DNA from: a virus
Taxonomy: Duplodnaviria > Caudoviricetes
DNA: 36,778 bases
Virus record (IMG/VR): IMGVR_UViG_3300038674_000396
Location: 1 to 36,778 of that record
Direction: 5' to 3' (one strand)
Shown here: one piece after another, positions 36,660 to 36,778 of the stretch
Layout of the letters: every line of letters begins with the position of its first letter
Position numbering within the stretch: the stretch's first letter is position 1
The notes under the pieces: generated by a model
What the model saw: only the letters and a program-made list of their open reading frames with translations
Told to the model about the DNA's origin: nothing
Database searches by the model: none
Translations under genes and position numbers: made by a program

Positions 36660-36778
36660 ATGGCTTTCTCTGTCACTGAGTACCTTGAAGATTTGTTGCT
36701 TGCTACCGACAGTGAGCAGCACCATGATGAGGCGTCTGAGGAAGACTTCTGTTTTGAAATCCCTGAATTCGTGCGTGA
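36660..36778 (+). CDS. Hypothetical very acidic protein, truncated at right edge (MAFSVTEYLEDLLLATDSEQHHDEASEEDFCFEIPEFVR...)
   Basis: GAGGT RBS, ATG 36660, frame open to the edge. Confidence 0.65.
   Translation, partial: MAFSVTEYLEDLLLATDSEQHHDEASEEDFCFEIPEFVR

Overview
This window is part of a long-tailed (siphovirus-type) dsDNA phage genome. Bases 1-31645 hold a virion morphogenesis operon on the minus strand. In order it encodes small and large terminase, portal, an S49 protease with a nested scaffold, a decoration protein and a gpE-family capsid protein. These are followed by neck proteins, a Com-like zinc ribbon, the tail tube, an inserted HNH endonuclease and G/GT tail chaperones with a -1 frameshift. 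The operon ends with a 1829-aa tape measure, tail-tip proteins and a 1745-aa multi-LamG fibre whose GC-rich C-terminus looks recently swapped in. The most unusual part is the ~5 kb upstream of the terminase. First, a sharply bounded ~1.36-kb three-gene island (32007-33364) has every GG as GGC and every CC as GCC, and it is flanked by G-tract and GGA/TCC-dense repeat DNA. Second, a ~0.85-kb unit without a credible ORF (~35040-35880), bounded by a promoter and terminator, has paired ends and many helices and is a candidate giant structured RNA. All assignments come from reading motifs and gene order by eye; no searches or folding programs were run.
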